NCBI GenBank assembly: GCA_022843085.1
Contig: JALHOI010000002.1
Span: 1-35,957, forward strand
DNA from: Pseudobdellovibrionaceae bacterium
GTDB taxonomy: Bacteria > Bdellovibrionota > Bdellovibrionia > Bdellovibrionales > JAMPXM01
Direction of reading: 5' to 3'
Length of the DNA stretch: 35,957 nt
The position numbers and the translations under genes are program-made. The first letter of the stretch is position 1. Each line of letters opens with the position of its first letter. Positions 8,162 to 16,525 of this stretch are shown here, piece by piece. The notes below the pieces were generated by a model that saw nothing but the letters and a program-made list of their open reading frames with translations, did no database searches and was not told the DNA's origin.

Positions 8162-9468
8162 AGAACTGGACACGCACGCCCCATTCAGCCGATCTTTTGA
8201 CAATCGAAGATGTCGAAGTATGGACAGCTGAAGGCGTCAGACGGCACTGTGACGTACTCGTTCGCGATGGGCGACTGGTCGAAGTTCGAGCCGCCGCAAA
8301 ACGATCGATGCGAAAAATGCGGATTGCTCTTTTGCCTGCTGCAGTCGACACCCAAGTGCATATGAGAACCCCTGGACAGTGGGAAAAAGAGACGCCAGAT
8401 ACGGCCCTATTTGCGGCTATAAAGGGTGGGGTCGGTGCTTTGCTCACAATGCCAAACACAAAGCCCGTTCTCGACACTTGTTCGGCGCTTCAGCTAGCAA
8501 AAGCGCAAGTCGCCAACGCCGAATCTAGATTCGGCGTGAAGGTACTTTATTCGGTGGCTGGAACTGAAGGGCAACGAGGTGAAAAGGTGACTCCGCTCGA
8601 GGAGCTCGTGACCGAAGGTGCTGCCGCAGTGACCGACGACGGCAAGGGCGTTTCGGATGATGATTTGCAACTTGAAATTTTCAAGCGGCTCGAGCCGCTC
8701 GGTATTCCTTTTCTGCAGCACGCCGAAACGTTGGGCGCTGAAGGCCCGTTGGCTGATGGGCCGATTCCACGAAAGCAGGGTCTTAAAGCTTACAGTGCAA
8801 TACACGAAACAGACATGGTTGCGCGAGATTTGAAGTTGCTCGAGAAGGTGCCTGGCGCGCGCTACCATTTGCTACACACGTCTTCGGGCGAATCAATCCC
8901 GTTAATCGAGAAGGCGAAAGCTTCGGGTCTTCGCGTAACCGCTGAGGTTTCGCCGCATCACCTCTATTTTTCTAGCGACGATATTGATGAGGGCAACACA
9001 TCGTTCAAGATGAACCCGCCGATACGATCCGAGAAAGACCGCGAGGCTCTGATCGACGGTCTCGCGCGTGGCGCAATTGATTGGGTTGCGACTGATCACG
9101 CGCCTCACGAAATATCGACCAAGACGAAACCTTTTGCAGAAGCATCGTTCGGTACCCTAGGACTTGAAACAATGGTGCCGGTGATTCTCGACCTGGTTTC
9201 AAAACGCCGACTGTCGCCTGCGCGCGCGGTTCAAGTTTTATCCACAGCCCCGGCTGAGTTTTTGGGCTTGTCTTCTGAGTACGGCCACCTGCGTTTGGGA
9301 AGCCCGCTGCGCGCAATTCTTGTGAACCCCGATGTTTCTTGGACGGTGCGCGCCTCTGAGCATTCAAGCCTGTCGAAAAACACATGTTTCGACGGCGTGC
9401 GATTAACAGGGACGGTCGTTGCTCACGTAACTCCAGCCGGCATTTGGTCATCTGAAAATTTGTTCTAA
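8158..9468 (+). CDS. pyrC: dihydroorotase-like amidohydrolase (class I DHOase architecture)
   Basis: Motifs TMPNTKP, FLQHAE, HLLHTSS, FKMNPPIRS and ATDHAPH are present. The first metal motif reads DTQVH instead of DxHxH. The start overlaps the alkB stop (ATGA). Confidence 0.8.
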   Translation: MKNWTRTPHSADLLTIEDVEVWTAEGVRRHCDVLVRDGRLVEVRAAAKRSMRKMRIALLPAAVDTQVHMRTPGQWEKETPDTALFAAIKGGVGALLTMPNTKPVLDTCSALQLAKAQVANAESRFGVKVLYSVAGTEGQRGEKVTPLEELVTEGAAAVTDDGKGVSDDDLQLEIFKRLEPLGIPFLQHAETLGAEGPLADGPIPRKQGLKAYSAIHETDMVARDLKLLEKVPGARYHLLHTSSGESIPLIEKAKASGLRVTAEVSPHHLYFSSDDIDEGNTSFKMNPPIRSEKDREALIDGLARGAIDWVATDHAPHEISTKTKPFAEASFGTLGLETMVPVILDLVSKRRLSPARAVQVLSTAPAEFLGLSSEYGHLRLGSPLRAILVNPDVSWTVRASEHSSLSKNTCFDGVRLTGTVVAHVTPAGIWSSENLF

Positions 9469-9488
9469 ATCTGATTAAAGGAGCCTTC

Positions 9489-9926
9489 GTGCAAAAAAAA
9501 ATGGACGTAAACAAAGTCGTAGAGGCGCTAAACCTAATCCTTGAGGGTGAACTGGCTGGCGTGGTTCGGTACACCCACTACTCGTTGATGGTTTTCGGTC
9601 ACAACCGGATTCCGATTGTTTCATGGTTACGCGAACAAGCTACTGAATCCCTTGCCCACGCCGCGACCGCTGGCGAACACATCACCACTTTAGAGGGCCA
9701 CCCATCTCTGAAAATTTCCAAGCTTCTCGAAACTCACAAACATTCGATCAACGATATTTTAAAAGAGTCGCTGGTTCACGAAACCGAGCAGCTTGGTAAC
9801 TACCGAAAGCTTCTCGAGCTGGTTGAGGGAAAATCAGTTTTCCTAGAAGAGTATTGCCGCACAATGATTCACGATGAAGAGGTTCACGTTTCAGAAGTGC
9901 ATAAAATGTTGCGCAAACCCGAATGA
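9489..9926 (+). CDS. ferritin-like / bacterioferritin-family protein
   Basis: 145 aa four-helix pattern with di-iron ligand-like E...ExxH pairs (EGELAG, TESLAHA, HETEQL, DEEVHV). GTG start lies 5 nt after aaggag. Confidence 0.7.
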   Translation: MQKKMDVNKVVEALNLILEGELAGVVRYTHYSLMVFGHNRIPIVSWLREQATESLAHAATAGEHITTLEGHPSLKISKLLETHKHSINDILKESLVHETEQLGNYRKLLELVEGKSVFLEEYCRTMIHDEEVHVSEVHKMLRKPE

Positions 9927-9972
9927 CCCCGCTTTTCGGCGAGCGAAATCGTAAAATCGATTTCAAGCGCAG

Positions 9973-10317
9973 CTAGTCGTCGCTCTCAACAGGTTCGGTG
10001 CCTGTTTTTAGCGAAGCTTCGCACAGTTCTTTCGTCTCAAACGCGAAAAGCTTTTCGCCTGTTTTTGTCTTACATAAAACGTGGTTCTGTTCGGGATCAC
10101 AGTGCGTCAGCCGCCCATATTTTTTTGTGTCAGCAAGCGCGAGTTTCGCACATTCTTTCGCAGTCGACGCTGCCTCGCGCATGACGTAAAAGTAAGACCC
10201 TCGCAAATCTTTGAGCTGAACATCAAGGCCACCGGCCCGTGCTTTCGGGCCTGTCAGCATCGATGCCAAGGTCACTAAAGGCATCGCGATAAGTACCGCA
10301 TTTCGCATCCCAGTCAT
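9973..10317 (-). CDS. small secreted protein, 4 Cys, unknown function
   Basis: 114-aa ORF with a signal peptide (AVLIAMPLVTLASMLTG). Last gene of a same-strand run. Confidence 0.55.
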   Translation of the reverse strand: MTGMRNAVLIAMPLVTLASMLTGPKARAGGLDVQLKDLRGSYFYVMREAASTAKECAKLALADTKKYGRLTHCDPEQNHVLCKTKTGEKLFAFETKELCEASLKTGTEPVESDD

Positions 10318-10470
10318 AACGACAGTCTAACAGAATCCTGCGCCTGATAAACAGATTCGTATGGTTCACCGTATCTTTGCTCGAGTGCGGCGATCCCGAA
10401 CGAGGTGTGCTGAGACTGAATCGCGCTCGCCCGAGCTGCGTTCGAAGGAGCTGATCGGCTAGATATTCAA

Positions 10471-11478
10471 TCATCGGGCTGTAAGGTCGTTTACAATTTT
10501 CCTGATCCCGGCGATTTGAGGGGCAGATTTCGTCGTGTAGTTTGGTCCAGTCAATCCGAACCAATCCCAACATCCGTAGGGATTACCGCGGCCCTTCGCC
10601 GACTGAGGAAAAACGACGATGAGTCGATTCGTTTCAGCCCACTCGTTGTATCCAGCTTGCTCGATAAACTGCCGCCCCACAAAATCGGGATTCATTTGGC
10701 ATCCGTGCAGTGCGATGTGAATTCCACAGCGAGCACTGGGGCCGTAACAACCTTTCGGAATGTAGACGGCGCCCCAGTCGTACATGCGAGCCGTGGCTGA
10801 GACGTGTTTCGATTGATCGAAGTACAAGAGCGACGAGGCATCTGCTCGACCGCGAGCTGAGAGCGCGCGCTTGTTCGGTTCCAGCGAAGTTAAGAGTTTT
10901 CCTGCGACGTCATCGTTACAGTTCAAAATCCAAGGCGTCCCCGTAGCCGAGCACACGCTTCCAAATTTCAGAGTCGGAAAACCGTGAGCAGCATCTGCAT
11001 TCGTCAAACGCGTGATCGAGGCTTTCGGAACAAAGGCTGAATAAAACTCTGCAAGTTTATCCGAGCCAATAGATTTAATTACCTCATCTTTCGGGCTTGA
11101 AAAAATCGCAATACGCGACGAAGTCAGATTTCTTAAGTCATCAATTTCTCCGCGCGCGGATCTATCGCGTGCAATCTGCAAAATTTCTTTCACATCAATT
11201 TGATCGGGCGCGATCATGCAAACTTTTTGGCTTCGAGTGCTGTCGCCTTTAGCGCATTCATAAATACCGCCGGCCACGCTGGCCGCACCTTTAAAATAGC
11301 CCGAATGAGCAACGTGAAGTTGCACAGCCATAAAGCCGCCGGAGGAAACTCCGGATACTGTGATGCGGGCCGAGTCGACGACGATCTTCGGGAGACTTTG
11401 TAGAGTAGGCGTCGATGAAGCGGCTAAGGCCGCATTAGAAACAACAGATGACAGGGTAAAAGCGAGGAAACTAACCAC
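10471..11478 (-). CDS. extracellular PHB/PHA depolymerase-family esterase
   Basis: Signal peptide, nucleophile elbow GVSSGGFMA, and a family-typical C-terminal region (NPYGCWDWFG). SD gagga in the 11-nt gap after the upstream OMP gene. Confidence 0.8.
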   Translation of the reverse strand: MVSFLAFTLSSVVSNAALAASSTPTLQSLPKIVVDSARITVSGVSSGGFMAVQLHVAHSGYFKGAASVAGGIYECAKGDSTRSQKVCMIAPDQIDVKEILQIARDRSARGEIDDLRNLTSSRIAIFSSPKDEVIKSIGSDKLAEFYSAFVPKASITRLTNADAAHGFPTLKFGSVCSATGTPWILNCNDDVAGKLLTSLEPNKRALSARGRADASSLLYFDQSKHVSATARMYDWGAVYIPKGCYGPSARCGIHIALHGCQMNPDFVGRQFIEQAGYNEWAETNRLIVVFPQSAKGRGNPYGCWDWFGLTGPNYTTKSAPQIAGIRKIVNDLTAR

Positions 11479-11489
11479 TGAAATTCCTC

Positions 11490-12482
11490 CTAGAGAACCG
11501 AGAAAATGCCCGAGACGTTGATAGTCGTCGTGTCGAGAGCGAGCTTCGTGACATAGCTTTGAACATATGGAGCAAAGAAAATGTCGCGCGTCAGGGCATA
11601 GCCGAGCCCCAGACGCAAAGTCACTGTTCGATTTTGCAATGTCGTCGCATCGAACGCCGACCTTGGATTCTGCAGCGAAAAACCAGCGGATGAGGTAATG
11701 CTAAAAGTGTCGCTGACGTTGTATTTAAGACCTGGGTACCACGAGATCGAGTACTGCGAGGCGTTCCCGTCGCCACCTTTTTTGGTCGAACCGGGTTTGT
11801 ATCCGCGATGAAAGACCCAATAATCAAATCCCGATTCAAACGAAATCGCAAAACCGCCGCCGATCGCGTACACGAGCGAATTGTCCCAGCTGAGGCCCCC
11901 GACTTGACCGATTGCCGTGTAGTTGGGAACCGTCGAAATTGTGAAGCCTGGAGAGTTCCGCATTTGAAGTCTGCCGAAACGATTTGAAAAGTCGTAGGTC
12001 ACAAACGGGTTGTTGACGTCGGTTCGTTCCCAGCCGTGAAAGGGTCTAATTAAAGAAACTCCAGTTCCGGCGCTGACGGTTGAGTCTGGCGAAATGCGGT
12101 ACCGTGCGGAGACGGATCCCTTGACAGCTTGCGAATAGTTTCCGATCGAACCGTCGGGGTTCGGCTGCTCGGCCGCCGAGAGGTCGCCGAAGGTAGGACC
12201 TAAGTACGACAGCGAAGCGCGTGCGCTCCATTTCGAAAGCGAGCCCGCGTCGGCTTTTAGCTGAGCATCTGTCAGCGTGTTGCTATCTTCGAATTTTTTA
12301 TTTTTGAGGATGGAGTTTGCGGACGAATTCGAAGTCGCTGCGGCTGGGGCAACTGCTGGGACACTTGCGGACGTTATCGATTCGCCTCTGGCGATTTCGA
12401 ACGCCATTTGGGACGCGATCTGGAACACGATTTGAAACGTAAGGAAAGGAAGCGTGAACAAAAGCCGACCTGTGCTTTTCAT
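11490..12482 (-). CDS. outer-membrane beta-barrel protein, unknown specificity
   Basis: Signal peptide, Ser/Ala-rich linker, and alternating beta-strand-like pattern rich in aromatic/Gly residues through the C-terminal 250 aa. Confidence 0.65.
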   Translation of the reverse strand: MKSTGRLLFTLPFLTFQIVFQIASQMAFEIARGESITSASVPAVAPAAATSNSSANSILKNKKFEDSNTLTDAQLKADAGSLSKWSARASLSYLGPTFGDLSAAEQPNPDGSIGNYSQAVKGSVSARYRISPDSTVSAGTGVSLIRPFHGWERTDVNNPFVTYDFSNRFGRLQMRNSPGFTISTVPNYTAIGQVGGLSWDNSLVYAIGGGFAISFESGFDYWVFHRGYKPGSTKKGGDGNASQYSISWYPGLKYNVSDTFSITSSAGFSLQNPRSAFDATTLQNRTVTLRLGLGYALTRDIFFAPYVQSYVTKLALDTTTINVSGIFSVL

Positions 12483-12503
12483 GAAAATCTGTTTAGGCGG
12501 CGG

Positions 12504-12533
12504 TCGTTAAAGACGCAAGACTCTCGGCTTGCG
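12504..12533 (-). terminator. weak hairpin between the CofE-like gene and the OMP gene
   Basis: On the minus strand: cgcaag-ccgagagt-cttgcg (6-bp stem) followed by tctttaacg. The T tract is poor. Confidence 0.3.
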
Positions 12534-12545
12534 AAGCGCGTCGAG

Positions 12546-13307
12546 TCACTGCCGCGGCTTGGAACGTGACTTGATGCGTGAAAGATGAGGCTCAAAAAAC
12601 GGAAAATAGAGATCGTCTTCAATCGCAACGCGTAGTTCCGAACGACTCGTTTCGTCGGAGAAAGTAACGTCTGCGCCCAAGATACATGCGAGGGGTCGTG
12701 ATTCATCCGCTTCGCCCATTGTCAACGTCGCGGCTGCGGCCAATCCGTCGGCGATGTTGACCTTCGTCATCTGAAGAGGTCGGTTAAAAAGGTCGCGTGC
12801 GCCTACTCGATTTTGAAGTCCTGAAAATCCCCAATAGGCCAGAGATAGGCCTGTAACTCCGAGGCGAAGCGGCGTCGTGTGCGAATCAGTCAGCAGAACA
12901 CCTAGGTGATCAAGGCCCCAAGCGTCGCGCAAGCTTGACTGAAGGCGGCGAGCACTTTCGAAGGGATCTTCGGGATACAGAATGAAATCACCGGTTTCAG
13001 AATTTGATTCGTCGATTCCCGCTGACGCAATGAAGTGGCCTTCTTTCAATGTGAGAATACTGCCGTAGCCAATGGGTCCTAGATTGAGATCGGCTTCGCG
13101 ATCTATCAAATCTATTTTTGAAACCAGATTTTTGGCTACAAGTCGGTTTTCGGCGACGCTCACAATTTTCGATGTCACGGCGAGAATCATGCGCTCGCGA
13201 ACAAAATCCTTTGGTACTTGCGAAACAACAAAATCGATCAATGATTCGCCGGCACGAAGAATTCGAGTTGCGACGGGCTGAATCTGAAGCGGTTGAATAG
13301 GTTTCAT
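12546..13307 (-). CDS. CofE-like gamma-glutamyl ligase family protein (F420-0:gamma-glutamyl ligase / folate-type ligase fold)
   Basis: ORF 12546..13352. MKPIQPLQIQPVATRILRAGESLIDFV...ILAVTSKIVSVAENR...ASAGIDESN...LLTDSHTTPLRLGVTGLSLAYWGF resembles the F420-ligase (PF01996-type) pattern. Start placed at ATG 13307. Confidence 0.7.
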   Translation of the reverse strand: MKPIQPLQIQPVATRILRAGESLIDFVVSQVPKDFVRERMILAVTSKIVSVAENRLVAKNLVSKIDLIDREADLNLGPIGYGSILTLKEGHFIASAGIDESNSETGDFILYPEDPFESARRLQSSLRDAWGLDHLGVLLTDSHTTPLRLGVTGLSLAYWGFSGLQNRVGARDLFNRPLQMTKVNIADGLAAAATLTMGEADESRPLACILGADVTFSDETSRSELRVAIEDDLYFPFFEPHLSRIKSRSKPRQ

Positions 13308-13367
13308 CGGGTGGCGTTTCGCATAGCGCGCTTTGCTGCGGTTGACCAACAAGTTTCATCGAGTAGC

Positions 13368-14270
13368 ATGGCGGGAGGCATGAAAATCAAACTCTGTGGT
13401 CATTTTATCGCTTCGTGGGTCGGTGCGTTCGTCTTGATTTGTTTTCTCTCGCAGAAAGCGGTGGCCGATGAACTTCCTGTCTTTATTGTCGACAAAGCCA
13501 AGTTTCAATTACACATCGCAAACTACAAAAACGGGCTTCAAATTTTCAAGACCTTCCCGGTGACGCTCGGAAAAAACTCCGGAGACAAGATGCTTGAGGG
13601 AGATCTCAAAACTCCAGAAGGAATTTATCGATTTACAACTCGGTACGAGCGGCCCGCGATAAAGAAGAAGTTGGGTGCCATGGCGTTTTACGTCGACTAC
13701 CCCAATAGCCTCGACAAACGCGATAAAAAAACCGGTTTCGACATCATGCTGCACTCGACTGATGACCCCTCGCGGCTTGAGCGCAATCAAGATTCTGATG
13801 GTTGCATTGTCGTCGATGATGAACGCATTAAAGAAATTGCGACCTACATTCAGACTCCGTTTTCGACATTGCTTATTTACGACGAATTGAAGCCGGAACA
13901 TCTGCAGAGTGAAACTACGGGTGATTTGAAATTGGCCTTCGATCAGTGGCTTGCCGCTTGGAGCAGGAAAGACATCGAGACTTATATTGGAGCGTATGCC
14001 GAAGACTTCCGTTTCGAGCAAATGAACCGCGACCAGTACCGCGCGTACAAAAATTCTTTGAATAGAAAATATGCGACAATAGATGTGAAGGCGGTTCAGC
14101 CACGTTTTTTTCGGCATCCGAAATACGACATGGTCACATTCACGCAAGAGTATTCTTCGACTTTTAAAGATGGTCGCAAGGCCTTCGTGGCGCGCGGTCA
14201 GAAGCGAATCTATTTTACCCGTGAGAAGGGGTCTCTAAAGATTTATTCTGAAGAGTTCTCGCGCCGCTGA
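13368..14270 (+). CDS. L,D-transpeptidase-fold protein with an NTF2-like C-terminal domain (Csd6-like)
   Basis: YkuD catalytic pattern (MLHSTDD...SDGCIVV) and an upstream LEGDLKTPEGIYRF stretch. The C-terminal AFDQWLAAWSRKDIETYIGAYAEDF is an NTF2/SnoaL-like signature. Start is 13368 or 13380. Confidence 0.75.
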   Translation: MAGGMKIKLCGHFIASWVGAFVLICFLSQKAVADELPVFIVDKAKFQLHIANYKNGLQIFKTFPVTLGKNSGDKMLEGDLKTPEGIYRFTTRYERPAIKKKLGAMAFYVDYPNSLDKRDKKTGFDIMLHSTDDPSRLERNQDSDGCIVVDDERIKEIATYIQTPFSTLLIYDELKPEHLQSETTGDLKLAFDQWLAAWSRKDIETYIGAYAEDFRFEQMNRDQYRAYKNSLNRKYATIDVKAVQPRFFRHPKYDMVTFTQEYSSTFKDGRKAFVARGQKRIYFTREKGSLKIYSEEFSRR

Positions 14271-14319
14271 TGTGGCGCGACCTTTGATTCTCGCGCCGCT
14301 GATGTGGCGCGACCTTTGA
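14256..14319. repeat. perfect 32-bp tandem duplication spanning the stop codon of the preceding gene
   Basis: ttctcgcgccgctgatgtggcgcgacctttga occurs at 14256-14287 and again at 14288-14319. Each copy contains the hairpin tcgcgcc-gctgatgt-ggcgcga (7-bp stem). Confidence 0.9.
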
Positions 14320-14332
14320 ACGGAACAGTCGT

Positions 14333-15190
14333 ATGAACATCTCACGATTCCTCAAGTCCTTTTTCGCCCGATTCGTTGGCGCTCGGACAACGACCTATGC
14401 GGCATCCGTGGCGTTTTACACCGCACTCTCTTTAGCTCCGATGTTGATTCTTTTTGTTTCGCTGACATCTCGAATGAGCGCAGATTTTCAAGAGTCGTTT
14501 TTCTTTCAGGTCGATTCGTTGGTCGGCCCCGAGGCCGCCCAGGCCGTGAATCTCATCATCAACGGAGCCAAAGATCGGCCCGACTTAGCTTCTCGCTCGG
14601 GACTATTTGGAATCATGACGCTTCTGTTTTCAGCGGGTCTGATTTTCGGCGAATTGCGCGAAGCGATGAATACGATTTTTCGAACTCAGATCGCTGTGCC
14701 GCAGCCCGAAACGTTTCGACACTGGGTGGCTTATTTTCTGCGCGACAGAATTTTTCAGATCGGATTCGCGGTCAGTTTTATTTTCATCATGATCGTCTCG
14801 CTCATTTTTTCTTCGCTTCTTGCAGCGACCTTCCGATCAAACGAACAAGTGTGGCACGTTCTCAATATCGCCGTTTCGTTCGCGTTCTATATTTTCGCGT
14901 TTGCCATGGTGTTTCGCTACATGCCTCAGCGGCGCACACATTGGCGTGAATCTGTTTTAGGCGGACTCATCACCGCGTTTCTATTTGTAATCGGCAAAGA
15001 ACTCATTGGCCTCTATCTCGGTAAACGTGCACTTGGTTCGGCTTATGGTGCAGCGGGCTCTGTCATCGTGCTGTTGGTTTGGGTTTATTACTCAGGCTTG
15101 ATTACCTTTGTTGGTGCTCACGTGAGCGCGATTTTACTTGATCGCCGAAACGAACGTGCGCGGCAGGCTGAACATCGGTCGCAGTCTTAA
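14333..15190 (+). CDS. YihY/BrkB-family membrane protein
   Basis: 285 aa, polytopic. The N-terminal signature is YAASVAFYTALSLAPMLILF. Confidence 0.85.
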   Translation: MNISRFLKSFFARFVGARTTTYAASVAFYTALSLAPMLILFVSLTSRMSADFQESFFFQVDSLVGPEAAQAVNLIINGAKDRPDLASRSGLFGIMTLLFSAGLIFGELREAMNTIFRTQIAVPQPETFRHWVAYFLRDRIFQIGFAVSFIFIMIVSLIFSSLLAATFRSNEQVWHVLNIAVSFAFYIFAFAMVFRYMPQRRTHWRESVLGGLITAFLFVIGKELIGLYLGKRALGSAYGAAGSVIVLLVWVYYSGLITFVGAHVSAILLDRRNERARQAEHRSQS

Positions 15191-15315
15191 GTGACGATCT
15201 GCGGCCATTGTTTAAAAATGAGACAATGCCCAAAAGAGCTTTAGTTCGGGAAATATCGTTTTATCGCCTTTGGTTGCCTTTAAGCCGTGGGCCATGTTTT
15301 GCTCCAACGGCCTGT

Positions 15316-16455
15316 ATGAAGAGCCAAACCGTCGTTAAGATTTTGTGTTCGGTGTTTATCGTATTCGGTCCTCGCGTCGCGATGACCGAAGAAGCTCCTA
15401 TTCGCTCCTTAAAAGATGATCCTGTCGGTGCGTGGATCGAAAAAAATGCGGCCCGTTACGGCCTCTTTGTTGAACCAACGCCGGTTCAAGAAAACCGAGC
15501 GGCGCGCCCATCTGAATCGACAGACTCCGTTCAGGTCCCAAGCAGCATGATTCACTCAATGTCGACGTCGACATCGAAATCAACTTTGAAATCAGGTTCA
15601 GCGGCCAAACCAGGGTCTCAGGCCACTCCGCCGGCCAATCAGCCGGCCACTGAGTCGGACGCAATCAAAGCCTTCTTCAGCGACACGGGCTTGAGCAGTC
15701 TGTTTGGTGTTCCAACAAATCCTGAGGCGAATACGGACTTTATTGCATCCAAGCTTGTGCCCGAACCTCGCTTGAAGGTTCCCGCACCTTCTTTCCGGGC
15801 CAAGTTAATGCCAATTCCGGAAGTCGTAATCGAGCGAAAAAAGTTTGAACCGCCCGCAGAGGCTCTTGAGGCCACGCATCCGGCGGCGCAGATTGCCGCT
15901 GTCATGAAGGATTTAGACTTCAGTCCGAATTGTTCGGGTTTCGCAACCTCTGCCGGGTTTGGCTCTTGGGGACAAACCGTGATTCGTGAGTTGACAAGCG
16001 GTAACGCCAATTCGCTTCTGCAGGGAACCGATGATCTGCGTCGGGCTTGTCCCAACTACGACTTGCTGTCGAATTATCAGAGGTCGCACGTTTGGGTTAA
16101 AATCATGGCTTCGATGGCGTTTCTTGAAAGCTCATGCAACCCACGTGCGCTTGGTCGTGGCCCGAACGGCGTCGCCGCCGGTTTGACTCAGCTTCACCAG
16201 GGGCACGAACACAAAGCGGCGCCCGGTTGTAACCGTGGTGATTCGCGCTCGCCCATCACGAGCATCCAGTGCACGATCTCAATTATCGAAACGCAATTTA
16301 AACGAACTAACGCACTTTTTAGTCGCGATACACATTTTGGTGTTCTGCGACCGCAAGGCGACTTGATTCGCACAAAGTCGGGAAACAAGCGCGTCGTGAA
16401 GGCCCGGGTTGTGGCGGGCGCTATTCGCGAACTGCCGTTCTGCCAGAGAAATTAG
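15316..16455 (+). CDS. secreted protein with a C-terminal SLT-type lytic transglycosylase domain
   Basis: ORF 15208..16455 (TTG). Signal peptide from ATG 15316. Ser/Thr/Pro-rich linker. SLT motifs: AFLESSCNP (catalytic E-S) and AAGLTQL. Confidence 0.65.
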   Translation: MKSQTVVKILCSVFIVFGPRVAMTEEAPIRSLKDDPVGAWIEKNAARYGLFVEPTPVQENRAARPSESTDSVQVPSSMIHSMSTSTSKSTLKSGSAAKPGSQATPPANQPATESDAIKAFFSDTGLSSLFGVPTNPEANTDFIASKLVPEPRLKVPAPSFRAKLMPIPEVVIERKKFEPPAEALEATHPAAQIAAVMKDLDFSPNCSGFATSAGFGSWGQTVIRELTSGNANSLLQGTDDLRRACPNYDLLSNYQRSHVWVKIMASMAFLESSCNPRALGRGPNGVAAGLTQLHQGHEHKAAPGCNRGDSRSPITSIQCTISIIETQFKRTNALFSRDTHFGVLRPQGDLIRTKSGNKRVVKARVVAGAIRELPFCQRN

Positions 16456-16482
16456 TCTTGAGAGCTGCACGGGGTCGAGAGT

Positions 16483-16500
16483 AGAGTCGAGGCTCTTTTT
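16483..16500 (+). terminator. weak candidate intrinsic terminator after the SLT-domain gene
   Basis: agag-tcgagg-ctct followed by a T run (to 16500). The stem is only 4-5 bp. Confidence 0.25.
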
Positions 16501-16525
16501 CGAAACGCGTCTCGGAGGCCCTGCG

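Noticed and set aside
13509-14147. 212-aa minus-strand ORF. Similar antisense ORFs lie at 9005..9574, 16694..17314, 23313..23930 and 15639..16055.
   Set aside because: Each lies entirely inside a better-supported gene on the other strand (catalytic motifs, signal peptides, SDs). They have no recognisable domains and are typical antisense shadow frames.
14268-14336. TGA readthrough or recoding of the L,D-transpeptidase stop, which would add 21 aa ending at a TGA overlapping the yihY ATG.
   Set aside because: The open frame after the stop is a direct consequence of the 32-bp duplication. There is no SECIS-like or known readthrough context.
15559-15574. Perfect 16-bp palindrome atgtcgacgtcgacat.
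   Set aside because: It lies inside the Ser/Thr-rich linker of the SLT-domain gene (encoding MSTSTS). It is most simply a by-product of repeated tcg/acg codons rather than a protein-binding site.
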